IMG/VR virus record: IMGVR_UViG_3300030329_003372
Location: 1 to 61,732 of that record
Source: a virus
Taxonomy: Duplodnaviria; Caudoviricetes
Length of the DNA: 61,732 nucleotides
Reading direction: 5' to 3' (one strand)
The translations under genes and the position numbers were made by a program. The notes under the pieces are model-generated. The model had not been told where the DNA came from. It was given only the letters and a program-made list of their open reading frames with translations, and ran no database searches. Shown here piece by piece: positions 10,781 through 19,777 of the stretch (the stretch's first letter is position 1; every line of letters starts with the position of its first letter).

Positions 10781-12267
10781 CATTCCACACCCTTGCGTCC
10801 GATAATGTCGTCAATACGTAGGATAGCATTGGTCACCTCGGTTGCGCTTAGGACGGCTTGACGCACAAGTTCTGTGGGTTCGACCACACCGTGTTCTGCC
10901 ATGTCTGTGATACCACCCTCGTTCACATCAGGACCCATAGAGGTGTTACCGTTGAGGACAGCGTGACGCATAGCCAACACTGTGTCAAGCGGGTCATGCC
11001 CTGCGTTCTCCGCGATGGTAGCCGAGATAGACTCAAGCGCATCAGCGAATGCCTCAATCGCCATCTGTGCGCGGCCACCGATAGATGCCGCACGTGTGCG
11101 TAGGTGTGACGCCATAGCCACGTAAGCCGAACCACCGCCATATACCGCACCGCCGTTGTTGAGGACAAGGCTGACGACACCAAGTGCATCATCGAAGCCG
11201 CGCTCTACTTCATCGAGTGTGGTGGTTGTTGCGCCACGTAGGATGAGGGTGGACTCATCATCTTCTACGGACTTAATGAAGATGTAGTTTACATCATTGT
11301 ATTTTTCCAAAGACCACGGACGATTTACGGAATGGCTTACATCTTCAGGTGTTTGTGCTATGGATAATCCAAGAGCATTCGACAATGATTTCATACTACT
11401 TTCGGGAAGGCGGTGAACAACACGAATGTTCTTCTTTTCCAAAAACGCAACAACGCTTTCTGCTACACCATCACGAACAAACACAATCCCACCTTCAACC
11501 AAAACATCAGCAATCTTTTTTGCGAGCGTGAGTAGGTCATTCTTTCCTGAATCTTTGAACGATTGGTATGATTGGGCATCCAACTGAACCTGCACGTTGT
11601 CGTCACTCTTCACCATTTCCAACCCCGTATTGATAAGTAAACAGTCATCTGCACCAACTTGAATTTCAGCCCCGCCCACGAAATCCTTGTTCAGAACCAC
11701 ACCGTTGAACAGGTATGAGTCATCAATGGACCCGCCCGGTAGCGATAGGACGCGCACGTTGTCTGCGTTACCTGCCGCCGTAACTGCATCTACACACAGT
11801 TGTGATACTCTATCGAGCGACGTTTCAAGCGTCTTGCCTGTGATTGCCGTTCGTGCTACTGCGAGCGGTTCCGCTTCAGTTGTCAATTCCTTCAGGTATT
11901 CAGTCGCCATTTGTGACGCTTCGTGATACCCACGACAGATGACGTTGGGGTGTAGCCCCTTCTCAAACAACATCTCACTGTTGGCGAGCAGTTGCCCTGC
12001 AAGCACCACAGTTGAAGTCGTGCCGTCATAGCATAGACTCTCTTGCATCTTTGCCACTTCAACAATCATCTTGCCACCGGGATGGGCAACGTCTAACTCA
12101 CGTAGGATGGTTGCACCATCGTTAGTGACTATCACGTTCCCGCCTCCGTCTACGAGCATCTTGTCCATGCCCATAGGACCGAGGGTTGTCTTCACCGTAT
12201 CTACAATCTGCCGCGCCGCACGAATGTTGTGCGTTTGTGCGCTCTTCTTTCCTTCTCCTTCACTCAT
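10780..12267 (-). CDS. ths: Group II chaperonin (thermosome subunit)
   Basis: TLGPMGMDKM, TNDGATIL, DGTTS and ILRIDDII motifs. Confidence 0.95.
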   Translation of the reverse strand: MSEGEGKKSAQTHNIRAARQIVDTVKTTLGPMGMDKMLVDGGGNVIVTNDGATILRELDVAHPGGKMIVEVAKMQESLCYDGTTSTVVLAGQLLANSEMLFEKGLHPNVICRGYHEASQMATEYLKELTTEAEPLAVARTAITGKTLETSLDRVSQLCVDAVTAAGNADNVRVLSLPGGSIDDSYLFNGVVLNKDFVGGAEIQVGADDCLLINTGLEMVKSDDNVQVQLDAQSYQSFKDSGKNDLLTLAKKIADVLVEGGIVFVRDGVAESVVAFLEKKNIRVVHRLPESSMKSLSNALGLSIAQTPEDVSHSVNRPWSLEKYNDVNYIFIKSVEDDESTLILRGATTTTLDEVERGFDDALGVVSLVLNNGGAVYGGGSAYVAMASHLRTRAASIGGRAQMAIEAFADALESISATIAENAGHDPLDTVLAMRHAVLNGNTSMGPDVNEGGITDMAEHGVVEPTELVRQAVLSATEVTNAILRIDDIIGRKGVE

Positions 12268-12497
12268 TCTTCCTCACCCTTTAATTTTTGAATTAGTATT
12301 TGTGCTTGATGCCACGCTTCATAAGCATAGACCGCTAAACTACCTCTCGCCCCTTGATTGCGTCGTAGTTCATTCCGAAAATAGCGCACTTCCATTTGTA
12401 AAAATTCCACGTTTTCGTTCGGGTTTTTACCAGCATCATACAATTCCTTAGCCTTCGCCTCTAATTCATCCCATTCGATTTTTTCATCTCTCACCAT
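12264..12497 (-). CDS. Hypothetical protein
   Basis: ORF overlapping both neighbours within the operon. Confidence 0.5.
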   Translation of the reverse strand: MVRDEKIEWDELEAKAKELYDAGKNPNENVEFLQMEVRYFRNELRRNQGARGSLAVYAYEAWHQAQILIQKLKGEEE

Positions 12498-13102
12498 TCT
12501 ACATCCACCTCAATAATTGCGCCGGTTTCCAAGCACCGGCTTTTCACGAATCCCTCATCAAGCCCATGCTTGTATAGGTCATACGTGAGTTGTGCATCAG
12601 ACAAGCAATACTTTGCTACGTCATCAAATTGCCCGTTGCGCCATGCGAGTGGCGCGTCGTGGCTTTGCATTAGTTTCTCCCCACCAAGTGTAGACTTGAC
12701 GAGTGTGTTCAGGGTAGTGTCGCACTTGACACCGCCCATCAGCGTTACCGCCTTTTGGAATAGGTTCTTTGTATCGAGGACTGAATCAGCCTTGCCGAGT
12801 AGGTCGCCCGCTGTCCAACAGTCGAGCGCATCACGTAGCACAGGTAGGTCGAAGCCCTTGATGTTGTGTCCGAGGATGCGGCCACCCTTCGCTATGAATG
12901 CCGTCAAGTCATCACCTAACGTGCGTGGGTGTAGTTCCTTGACCGTCGCATCAATGTCGAGTGCTTTGTTACAGTAGACGTTACCATCGGTCCCGTCCCA
13001 CGTAGCCACCACTGTTGGTTCAAACAGTGCGGTCTTATCCCATCCTCCTATCTCGTAAGAGTAGTTGCCGGTTTCTATATCAAGTGCCATTATGTCAGTC
13101 AT
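12491..13102 (-). CDS. DEDD/RNase H-like 3'-5' exonuclease
   Basis: ALDIETG, GHNIKGFDLPVL and YCLSD motifs. Start reassigned to the ATGA overlap at 13102. Confidence 0.8.
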   Translation of the reverse strand: MTDIMALDIETGNYSYEIGGWDKTALFEPTVVATWDGTDGNVYCNKALDIDATVKELHPRTLGDDLTAFIAKGGRILGHNIKGFDLPVLRDALDCWTAGDLLGKADSVLDTKNLFQKAVTLMGGVKCDTTLNTLVKSTLGGEKLMQSHDAPLAWRNGQFDDVAKYCLSDAQLTYDLYKHGLDEGFVKSRCLETGAIIEVDVEW

Positions 13103-14508
13103 GCTGATGCCCCCTTCATACGGATGTAGCGAGTGCTTCCCTCTTGAGTGTTCGCAAACATATCGGCTGCGAACTGCTTCCAATGCCGGTCAGCGGTCGC
13201 TTTCGATACACCCTTCGCCCCCATGTATGTTTTGACAACAACGGTCTTTCGCCGCCAACCATCACCACGACCATCGAGTTCGTATTCACCACACTTCTTG
13301 TAGGCTTGTTGCCAATTCTCCATGTGGTGTGCTTTCTCGGATGCCTTCATACCTACATCAACCTCATCCTCAAGCCACGTAATTAGATTGCGGAACAGGT
13401 CATACAGAATCTCATGCGCCATATCCACATACTCGGCCTTGACCACCCACGACTTATCGAGCATGGCAATATGCAAGGAGAAGATACCGAGATAGTTCTC
13501 GATACCGGGTGTGAACGAAGCAACTACTTCGGACAACGATGGGTCCATGTTCTCAACCAAATCGTATATGTCATCAGCGGCTGCGTGTAGCGCAGCCTCA
13601 TAGTTCTCATCGGCTGTGAATGCTTCCCACATACATGATTGAAGCAACGCTTCTTGGTCTTCGCGGTCCATCGCATCCCATTCGATGTATGGGGTTTCGG
13701 TCAAGTTAAGCACTCTATCACGTAGGCGTTTGTTGAGGTCAATGAAATAATCATACAAGTCTTGTTTACTCATGCTCGCCTCATCGGGCTTTCTGAAGAA
13801 TGTCGAAAGGCGCATTTGACTCACCTTCTTTCTTTGCTCCATATCCCATTCACCCCAATAGAGAAGCACACGTTGGAAGATACCACGTGTGAGAACGTAT
13901 TCCTTTACACCCTTCGGTGGGTATGTCGTAATCCACATAGACACAAGAGATTCATTTTCAATCGTCCCGTCCTTCATGTGCTTCACAAGTTTGTTGTTCT
14001 CCGTGCCTACAGGATTACACGCGCTTTGTAGATACAACACAGTTTCTTGGCTGAACTTACCGGGTGTAAGAATGATACTTCCTTCATCGAAATTGAGAGC
14101 CTTGCGCCCTGCAAGCAAGCCCTGTTTCTTCACTTTCGTGTAGGTCTTGTCCTTGCCTTCGCCTTCCTCTACAGTGTCCCATGAACCCACAAGACCTGCA
14201 TCAGTTCCTGTGGTATACATCGTGTGTGGTATGTCTACCTGTGATAGAATATCACCTACGAAATTCCATGCGATGGATTTACCTGACCTTGAGGGTTGAA
14301 TCCAAAACACATGAACGCGCGGGTCAGTATACGAATCACCTGTCGGTAATCGGATATACTGCACCGCAATCTGACCTTGCACGAAGAAGAACGATAACAA
14401 CCCCGGAATGGAATTGTCCATTGACGTTCGCTCAAAGTGTTCAAGGTATGCTTTCACGATAGGAAACTTCTGCACCAATTCATACTTGCTGTAATTCACA
14501 TCACTCAT
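13099..14508 (-). CDS. AAA+ ATPase, probable MCM-like replicative helicase
   Basis: Walker A QPSRSGKS and Walker B ALNFDEG; located in the replication block. Confidence 0.6.
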   Translation of the reverse strand: MSDVNYSKYELVQKFPIVKAYLEHFERTSMDNSIPGLLSFFFVQGQIAVQYIRLPTGDSYTDPRVHVFWIQPSRSGKSIAWNFVGDILSQVDIPHTMYTTGTDAGLVGSWDTVEEGEGKDKTYTKVKKQGLLAGRKALNFDEGSIILTPGKFSQETVLYLQSACNPVGTENNKLVKHMKDGTIENESLVSMWITTYPPKGVKEYVLTRGIFQRVLLYWGEWDMEQRKKVSQMRLSTFFRKPDEASMSKQDLYDYFIDLNKRLRDRVLNLTETPYIEWDAMDREDQEALLQSCMWEAFTADENYEAALHAAADDIYDLVENMDPSLSEVVASFTPGIENYLGIFSLHIAMLDKSWVVKAEYVDMAHEILYDLFRNLITWLEDEVDVGMKASEKAHHMENWQQAYKKCGEYELDGRGDGWRRKTVVVKTYMGAKGVSKATADRHWKQFAADMFANTQEGSTRYIRMKGASA

Positions 14509-14816
14509 CCCATCAACTCCCAATCAAACTCTTCAGGTGGTGTGCATAGTAATCGTTCGTATGCTTCCTTCCAAAGATGTGTATAAGATTTACAATATGA
14601 ATCCTCTATGTTCAATGAACTAAGGGCCGAGGGAGAGTCGAGGTCTACTTCAAAACCCATATCTTCATCCATAGGTTCAATCTCTATGCTGACACTTTCG
14701 TATACACGTTCCCAACCGTCTTTTGTCAAGACTGATATTTTCTTGGTTTTGCATAACTCAACGTCTACCTCAAGTTCTTCTGCTAATTTCATCAACTTCT
14801 GTTTGTAACTCACCAT
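14505..14816 (-). CDS. Hypothetical acidic protein
   Basis: First ORF after the promoter copy at 14834. Confidence 0.55.
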   Translation of the reverse strand: MVSYKQKLMKLAEELEVDVELCKTKKISVLTKDGWERVYESVSIEIEPMDEDMGFEVDLDSPSALSSLNIEDSYCKSYTHLWKEAYERLLCTPPEEFDWELMG

Positions 14817-14833
14817 TCAATCACCACTCTCAA

Positions 14834-14857
14834 TTCTATTGTTGGTTTAAATATAAA
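14834..14857 (-). promoter_or_regulatory. Conserved viral TATA promoter, copy 1
   Basis: Matches the 24-bp consensus TTT(A/C)TATTTAAACCAAcagtaGAA (- strand). Confidence 0.8.
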
Positions 14858-14986
14858 ATTCAATCCACATCGCCGCTGTGTCCTCACGAATGGTCAGGGA
14901 TATATCAACATGACTCAACACCAAATGAGGCATGGTGAGTCAGCACTATAAGCCTACATCATTTTTTTGATGTTGCTTTAAATACT

Positions 14987-15694
14987 TCACAGATTCCGGC
15001 GCGTTTTTCTCTCAATCTTCACCTCGTCCTCCGATGTTAGCACATCTATGATGCGCTGCCTCAATACCTCACCTAATCCCTTGATTTGTTTGAGTGAATC
15101 CTTGTGGCACATCTCTTCGATGCTGCCACATTTTTCAAGCAAACGTTCCGCTACATCGTTACCGATGCCGGGTATCGTTAGGAGAACATCATGGCGTAAG
15201 TCGTTGCTTGCAACCCGTCGTAATGACTGTGCGCCGTGTCGTGATGCGGGCTTGTGTAACTTGTCGTGTAACTTGACAATGAATTGTGCAGCCTCGCTTG
15301 TGTTAGGTGTGAAGAAAACTTGACAATCAAAGTCACACATGATACGTGCAATCGTTCCTGTGAGTTCATTTTGAATTCTTGAATAGGTTACCTTTCTCCC
15401 ATTCTTTTTCGCCATCGCTACATACTTGTCAATGGAACCGTGAACGACAATGAAGAACCGTTCATAGTTCGCATCCATGTTGTCGAGTTGCCTCCACAGA
15501 TGACCGGAATGTGATGATTGGAATAGGTCTGCGATACTCTTGGCTTCGACCAATGCACCACCAAGTAAGTAATCACCTACTACGAGAGTTTTGCGAACAA
15601 CGTGCATCCCCATCTTCGCAGCCTTGCGTTCTATAGATTCACAAAGTGAACCACGTTCGTTGCTATCAATAATCAAATCAGGTCGTTTACTCAT
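14987..15694 (-). CDS. xpf: XPF/ERCC4-family structure-specific nuclease with HhH motifs
   Basis: IDSNER, VGDY and EAKSIADL nuclease motifs; IPGIG and IKGLG HhH motifs. Confidence 0.88.
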   Translation of the reverse strand: MSKRPDLIIDSNERGSLCESIERKAAKMGMHVVRKTLVVGDYLLGGALVEAKSIADLFQSSHSGHLWRQLDNMDANYERFFIVVHGSIDKYVAMAKKNGRKVTYSRIQNELTGTIARIMCDFDCQVFFTPNTSEAAQFIVKLHDKLHKPASRHGAQSLRRVASNDLRHDVLLTIPGIGNDVAERLLEKCGSIEEMCHKDSLKQIKGLGEVLRQRIIDVLTSEDEVKIERKTRRNL

Positions 15695-15920
15695 CGTGAT
15701 ACCTCTCATGTTGTGGACAATAATCTGAATCTCTTGAACGCCACTTCTTACATCTTTCACCGTTGTGTCTGATGTGTTGACAACGACGCGCATCATCCGG
15801 TCCCTTGCTCTTACAAACAAAACAGACACCGAATCCTCGGTTTGTTGCTACCCTCGCTGACTTCCTTAATCCAAGTTTGTTGTTACAATCAACACAACGT
15901 CTACCGAAATGGATTGTCAT
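15687..15920 (-). CDS. Small Cys-rich Zn-finger protein
   Basis: CVDC, CFVC and RC..RC..CPQH. Confidence 0.6.
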   Translation of the reverse strand: MTIHFGRRCVDCNNKLGLRKSARVATNRGFGVCFVCKSKGPDDARRCQHIRHNGERCKKWRSRDSDYCPQHERYHDE

Positions 15921-17008
15921 CTAACATCACCTGACCCATCGTAATACTTGCACTTACCGAGGCAATAACCCTCGGCATAGAGAGTGGCGCAAGAAGCATG
16001 GTTGTAGCCCTTCTTGACGATGCTCGCTACCTGTTGATATGTCTTGTTCAAATCATAGTCCACCCATCCCTGCGCTGCACAAATTTCAGCAATCTGATGA
16101 ATGTGCTTCTTCTTCTCTTCGTCGTTCACTGTGTGATGTGGAAAGAAGAAGCGTAGTCTATCAGCAAGGTATGATGCGAAATGCACACGCGCACGATGCG
16201 GTGGATTCCCCTCGCCCATAGCGGCCTGTGCAAGACAGGGGAGAACCTGTATGTCCGTGAGAGATACTGTGGGTATATCAACGGGCTTTATGTCAGCCAT
16301 CGTCATGACAGGTGCGCTTGATACGTCGAGTGTAATAGGAGTAGAGCCGTGTTGTATGAAACCTCGATGTGGGTTTTGTCCTCGTTCCATAAAGTCGTCG
16401 TGATTCATTTTGAAAAGTTCATCACTACTTAGGGGTATCATCCACGTGCCTCTCTTTGCGTTGTATGAATTCGGAATACGTATCATACGTTTCGTATCGA
16501 AATGAATACCGGGGTCGAGGCAACGTAAATCAAACATCTTTCTCCATTGATTTACTAATTTTCTACCCACATGATTGATTCTTGAAACGGCTGACCCGTT
16601 ACTCGGTGTGTGTGTCTTATCCAACTTGACCCACACGTGAAACCCACCACCACTGAACCATACGTAATGCTGAATATCTTCTTCCAAGAAATAACGATGT
16701 AGCCTTTTAACCTGCTCATGTGCCGTCGAGAAAGGAACTTCCAACCCATTGTTTTTGAAATCCTTACAATCAAAGTCCATCACAAAGTGATGGATGATTG
16801 GTGTGTTGTAATCTACACGATGATGCTTCGGTGCTTGTGTGCCACGATACCCATAGGTTGTGAAGTAAACATCTCCACTACCACTCTTGCCACGCCAATA
16901 GGATTCAAGTTCTTCCTCGCTCTTGACCATCCATCTATACCCGTGACTACCATCAATGCCTGAAACCTCAAGCACTTCACGCGGGAAATCTATGGGAACA
17001 AACGACAT
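15917..17008 (-). CDS. priS: Archaeo-eukaryotic primase, PriS catalytic domain fused to a PriL-like C-terminal Fe-S domain
   Basis: MDFD, FSGGGFH and RMIRIPNS motifs; C-terminal LPCL...SCATL...CLGKC. Confidence 0.85.
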   Translation of the reverse strand: MSFVPIDFPREVLEVSGIDGSHGYRWMVKSEEELESYWRGKSGSGDVYFTTYGYRGTQAPKHHRVDYNTPIIHHFVMDFDCKDFKNNGLEVPFSTAHEQVKRLHRYFLEEDIQHYVWFSGGGFHVWVKLDKTHTPSNGSAVSRINHVGRKLVNQWRKMFDLRCLDPGIHFDTKRMIRIPNSYNAKRGTWMIPLSSDELFKMNHDDFMERGQNPHRGFIQHGSTPITLDVSSAPVMTMADIKPVDIPTVSLTDIQVLPCLAQAAMGEGNPPHRARVHFASYLADRLRFFFPHHTVNDEEKKKHIHQIAEICAAQGWVDYDLNKTYQQVASIVKKGYNHASCATLYAEGYCLGKCKYYDGSGDVR

Positions 17009-17011
17009 ACA

Positions 17012-17314
17012 TCACGCCACCTTTGCTAAATCTTGTCGTAGTTCATGATACAACTCTTCGATGTTCTCGTCGTCCACATAGCGTGGATTGATTGTGTAAG
17101 ACACAGTGTTCATCACGGGTTGTAGTGGGTCACCTGCTTCTAAATCATAGAACTCATCAAGTGTTGTTTGAATCCAAGTCTTTCTTTCAAACTTCATCTT
17201 TCCGAGTCGCATGAATCGAACAGTAACATTCCACGCAGGTGTCGAACCTCGATAGGCAATTTCGTCAGCGTAAGTTTGCAGTGCCTCTTTCAATAACAGT
17301 CTAATTGTATTCAT
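17012..17314 (-). CDS. Hypothetical protein with PIP-box-like QTTLDEFY
   Basis: ORF in the replication operon. Confidence 0.55.
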   Translation of the reverse strand: MNTIRLLLKEALQTYADEIAYRGSTPAWNVTVRFMRLGKMKFERKTWIQTTLDEFYDLEAGDPLQPVMNTVSYTINPRYVDDENIEELYHELRQDLAKVA

Positions 17315-18321
17315 TCATCTCCCTCCGGTAGAACGTATTCTTCCCCGGTGAACCGAGGACACACATCGGTGAAGGAACACCAATCGCATTTAGACCTTAT
17401 CGGCCCGCCTCTTGAAAAGAATGTAACCTCCTTCTTCGTAGGTGTTGGGAAGTCATTGTCTATGTGCGCTTGTATCAAGCGTTGCACAGACTTCAACACA
17501 CTCGATGGTGTCTGCGTAGCCGCCTTCACGGGTTCGTAGTAAATTGTAGGGCCATCACCATCCTCCATACCACCGCCGGGAAATTCCCAACCCCAATGTG
17601 TGATAGGTAGATACTCGTAGTGTGCGCTGTTCTCCAACATCATACGATAGAACTGCATTTCTTTTCGCATCGAAGTTCTCTTGCTCTTGCCTTTGTATTT
17701 ACCTGTCTTCAATTCCATGAGAGCGAAACCATCGCCCTCATCATTGGGGAAGATAGTATCAATGAAACCTCTCACGTGTATAGGAATACCCTCACCATCC
17801 ATATCAACAGTCATCCTTGCGTGTATGTTTGCTTCCACACCTGCGGGTTTCCACCCTTTACCTTGTGTGTAACGGTAGCGATTGAATTGCCAATCAACCC
17901 ACTGTCGAATCTGTTCTTCTTCTCCGAACTCATAAGGTGTGGGTGGGTTCGGCATTACATCATGCATGAGCGCACGTGCCTGTTCTATAGAGTTTGATGC
18001 CAACGCCATATCAATGGCTTCTAACTGTGAATCAACATTCGCCCAAAAGTATTCCACAGCATCGTGAACGTTGAGTCCTCGTATACCTGCCTCACCTGCA
18101 TCATCACGAAGGCGAGCGAAATGCTTGAGCCAATACTGCATCTTACACCATTCAAAGGTGTTCAATGATGACTTGGTAATACGAAGAATCTCTTCATCAT
18201 GGACGGCGGGATTCCAATCGTAACGACTTTGTTTGTATGAATCATACATCTCTTGGTCACGCGTGACCTCATAGTAATCATCAATAGTTGGTCGTGTATC
18301 ATCGTTCGGATTGAATCTCAT
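17311..18321 (-). CDS. PD-(D/E)xK Cas4/RecB-like exonuclease
   Basis: GFIDTI, ELKTG, QFY and C-terminal CDWCSFTDVC. Confidence 0.82.
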   Translation of the reverse strand: MRFNPNDDTRPTIDDYYEVTRDQEMYDSYKQSRYDWNPAVHDEEILRITKSSLNTFEWCKMQYWLKHFARLRDDAGEAGIRGLNVHDAVEYFWANVDSQLEAIDMALASNSIEQARALMHDVMPNPPTPYEFGEEEQIRQWVDWQFNRYRYTQGKGWKPAGVEANIHARMTVDMDGEGIPIHVRGFIDTIFPNDEGDGFALMELKTGKYKGKSKRTSMRKEMQFYRMMLENSAHYEYLPITHWGWEFPGGGMEDGDGPTIYYEPVKAATQTPSSVLKSVQRLIQAHIDNDFPTPTKKEVTFFSRGGPIRSKCDWCSFTDVCPRFTGEEYVLPEGDE

Positions 18322-18452
18322 TTCTTCTTCGCCTCCTTTTTCAGTTGTTTCAGTTCAGCAATCGTAATCGGTGTGTAACAAGCGATGCAACGCATGAAGT
18401 GTTCAGACACACACGGCTTGCCACAGTGTGGACAGTCGTATGTTTTACTCAT
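18318..18452 (-). CDS. Zn-finger microprotein (44 aa)
   Basis: Manual translation: CPHC...CIAC; ATGA overlaps. Confidence 0.55.
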   Translation of the reverse strand: MSKTYDCPHCGKPCVSEHFMRCIACYTPITIAELKQLKKEAKKK

Positions 18453-18562
18453 TCGCCACACCCCTCACATTTGTAGTTCGTGAACGGACGGCGACACGCA
18501 GGGCAAGCGGGTGAGCCATTCGTCGGACCCATCCAACCACAGAAACATTTCTTGATGTTCAT
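18449..18562 (-). CDS. Zn-finger microprotein (37 aa)
   Basis: Manual translation: CFC..CPAC..CEGC; ATGA overlaps. Confidence 0.55.
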   Translation of the reverse strand: MNIKKCFCGWMGPTNGSPACPACRRPFTNYKCEGCGE

Positions 18563-18753
18563 TCACCATCACCCTGCCAATCAATGTATTCTTCCAAAGG
18601 TTCTGCCAACCCATACGTTACTTCCATGCCGTAGCCCATCTCATGTAGCACATTCATAGCCATAGCAAGCCTGTCTTGTATGTGCGGTGGTGGGTCACAT
18701 GGCTCACCATCCACATCGTATCTAATCACTAACGTCCAAAATTTCTTACTCAT
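18559..18753 (-). CDS. Hypothetical protein
   Basis: Translationally coupled ORF. Confidence 0.5.
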   Translation of the reverse strand: MSKKFWTLVIRYDVDGEPCDPPPHIQDRLAMAMNVLHEMGYGMEVTYGLAEPLEEYIDWQGDGE

Positions 18754-18857
18754 TCTTCCTCACCTAATCTTTCTAAAGCACACTCACCACATTTGGCCCC
18801 GTAGTATAGTAGTTCTCCGCACGTAGGACATTCTTTTGCTTTCAAATTCTTACCCAT
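18750..18857 (-). CDS. Zn-finger microprotein (35 aa)
   Basis: Manual translation: CPTC...CGEC. Confidence 0.5.
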   Translation of the reverse strand: MGKNLKAKECPTCGELLYYGAKCGECALERLGEEE

Positions 18858-19048
18858 TATTCATCCACCTCTTCCAACAGTTCTTTCACAGGGACAGGGA
18901 CGTAATCAGCATCAGCAATACATACACAGATGATGGGGTATTCGATAATGCCTCCTACTTCCTCGTAGTATGTCTGTCCGTATGCTACTGTTCCTGAACC
19001 ATGACATAAACAACACACACCATTTTCGTCAACAGGATATTCCTTCAA
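18857..19048 (-). CDS. Zn-finger small protein
   Basis: CCLCHG...CVC. Confidence 0.5.
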   Translation of the reverse strand: MKEYPVDENGVCCLCHGSGTVAYGQTYYEEVGGIIEYPIICVCIADADYVPVPVKELLEEVDE

Positions 19049-19245
19049 GACTTTTTCGATTCTTCCACCACCATGTCAATTAACTTCTGAACATAGACTG
19101 TAGCATCCATCAGTTCTTCCTGTAGATGTGTGAGCCACTCAAGCATATTCAAGTCCTCACGTTCCATAGTAACTTGATACTTACTTTCACCTTTGGCGGC
19201 TCGCATCATGATTTTCTTACAGACCATATCTTCGATTGCGCTCAT
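19045..19245 (-). CDS. Conserved phage protein, possibly MazG-like NTP pyrophosphatase fold
   Basis: KGESKY...WLTHLQEELMDATVY (EExxD). Confidence 0.45.
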   Translation of the reverse strand: MSAIEDMVCKKIMMRAAKGESKYQVTMEREDLNMLEWLTHLQEELMDATVYVQKLIDMVVEESKKS

Positions 19246-19396
19246 TCCTCTTCATCTCCTAATTGTGGTGGTATCTTACCTGTCTTAAGATAGAACTTCT
19301 CCGCCAAGAATTCGGGTGCAGTATAAAATCCATCACTCCGTAGGAATGCTCTCCACTCTTCTATCGTTGCTACTTCGTATGGGTCTATATCATCAC

Positions 19397-19507
19397 TCAT
19401 TCTTCCTCACCACTTGCACTAAACTGATGCTGACATTCTACGCATAGATACGCATCAAGCGCACTCAAATAGTAATGCACAGTTGAATTACACTTAGGGC
19501 AATTCAT
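19397..19507 (-). CDS. Zn-ribbon microprotein (36 aa)
   Basis: Manual translation: MNCPKC...CVEC. Confidence 0.55.
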   Translation of the reverse strand: MNCPKCNSTVHYYLSALDAYLCVECQHQFSASGEEE

Positions 19508-19731
19508 CAAATGTTCCCCCTGTATTTACGCTTGTCGCTCTTCATACCCACACGTTCTGTAATCTCATCCGTTGGGATGTAGTCGCTAATCAGACGTTGC
19601 GTATCAGGTCGGAACACATGAGGGTCCCATTCATCAAGCGTTGTCTGCCGCATTTGTTTGCCACCACATTGGCAGCAGTAACTACGGTCATCAACCGTAG
19701 GCTTCTTTCTAAATCTCTCAAACCATTTCAT
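19507..19731 (-). CDS. Small protein with PIP-box-like QTTLDEW
   Basis: First ORF after promoter copy 2. Confidence 0.55.
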   Translation of the reverse strand: MKWFERFRKKPTVDDRSYCCQCGGKQMRQTTLDEWDPHVFRPDTQRLISDYIPTDEITERVGMKSDKRKYRGNI

Positions 19732-19752
19732 TTTTTTTTCCTCCGTATACTA

Positions 19753-19776
19753 TTCTATAGTTGGTTTAAATAGAAA
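19753..19776 (-). promoter_or_regulatory. Conserved viral TATA promoter, copy 2
   Basis: Match to the 24-bp consensus. Confidence 0.75.
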
Positions 19777-19777
19777 A

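Noticed and set aside
17311-18321. CRISPR-Cas locus based on the Cas4-like gene
   Set aside because: Solo PD-(D/E)xK nuclease in a replication operon; no other cas genes or array.
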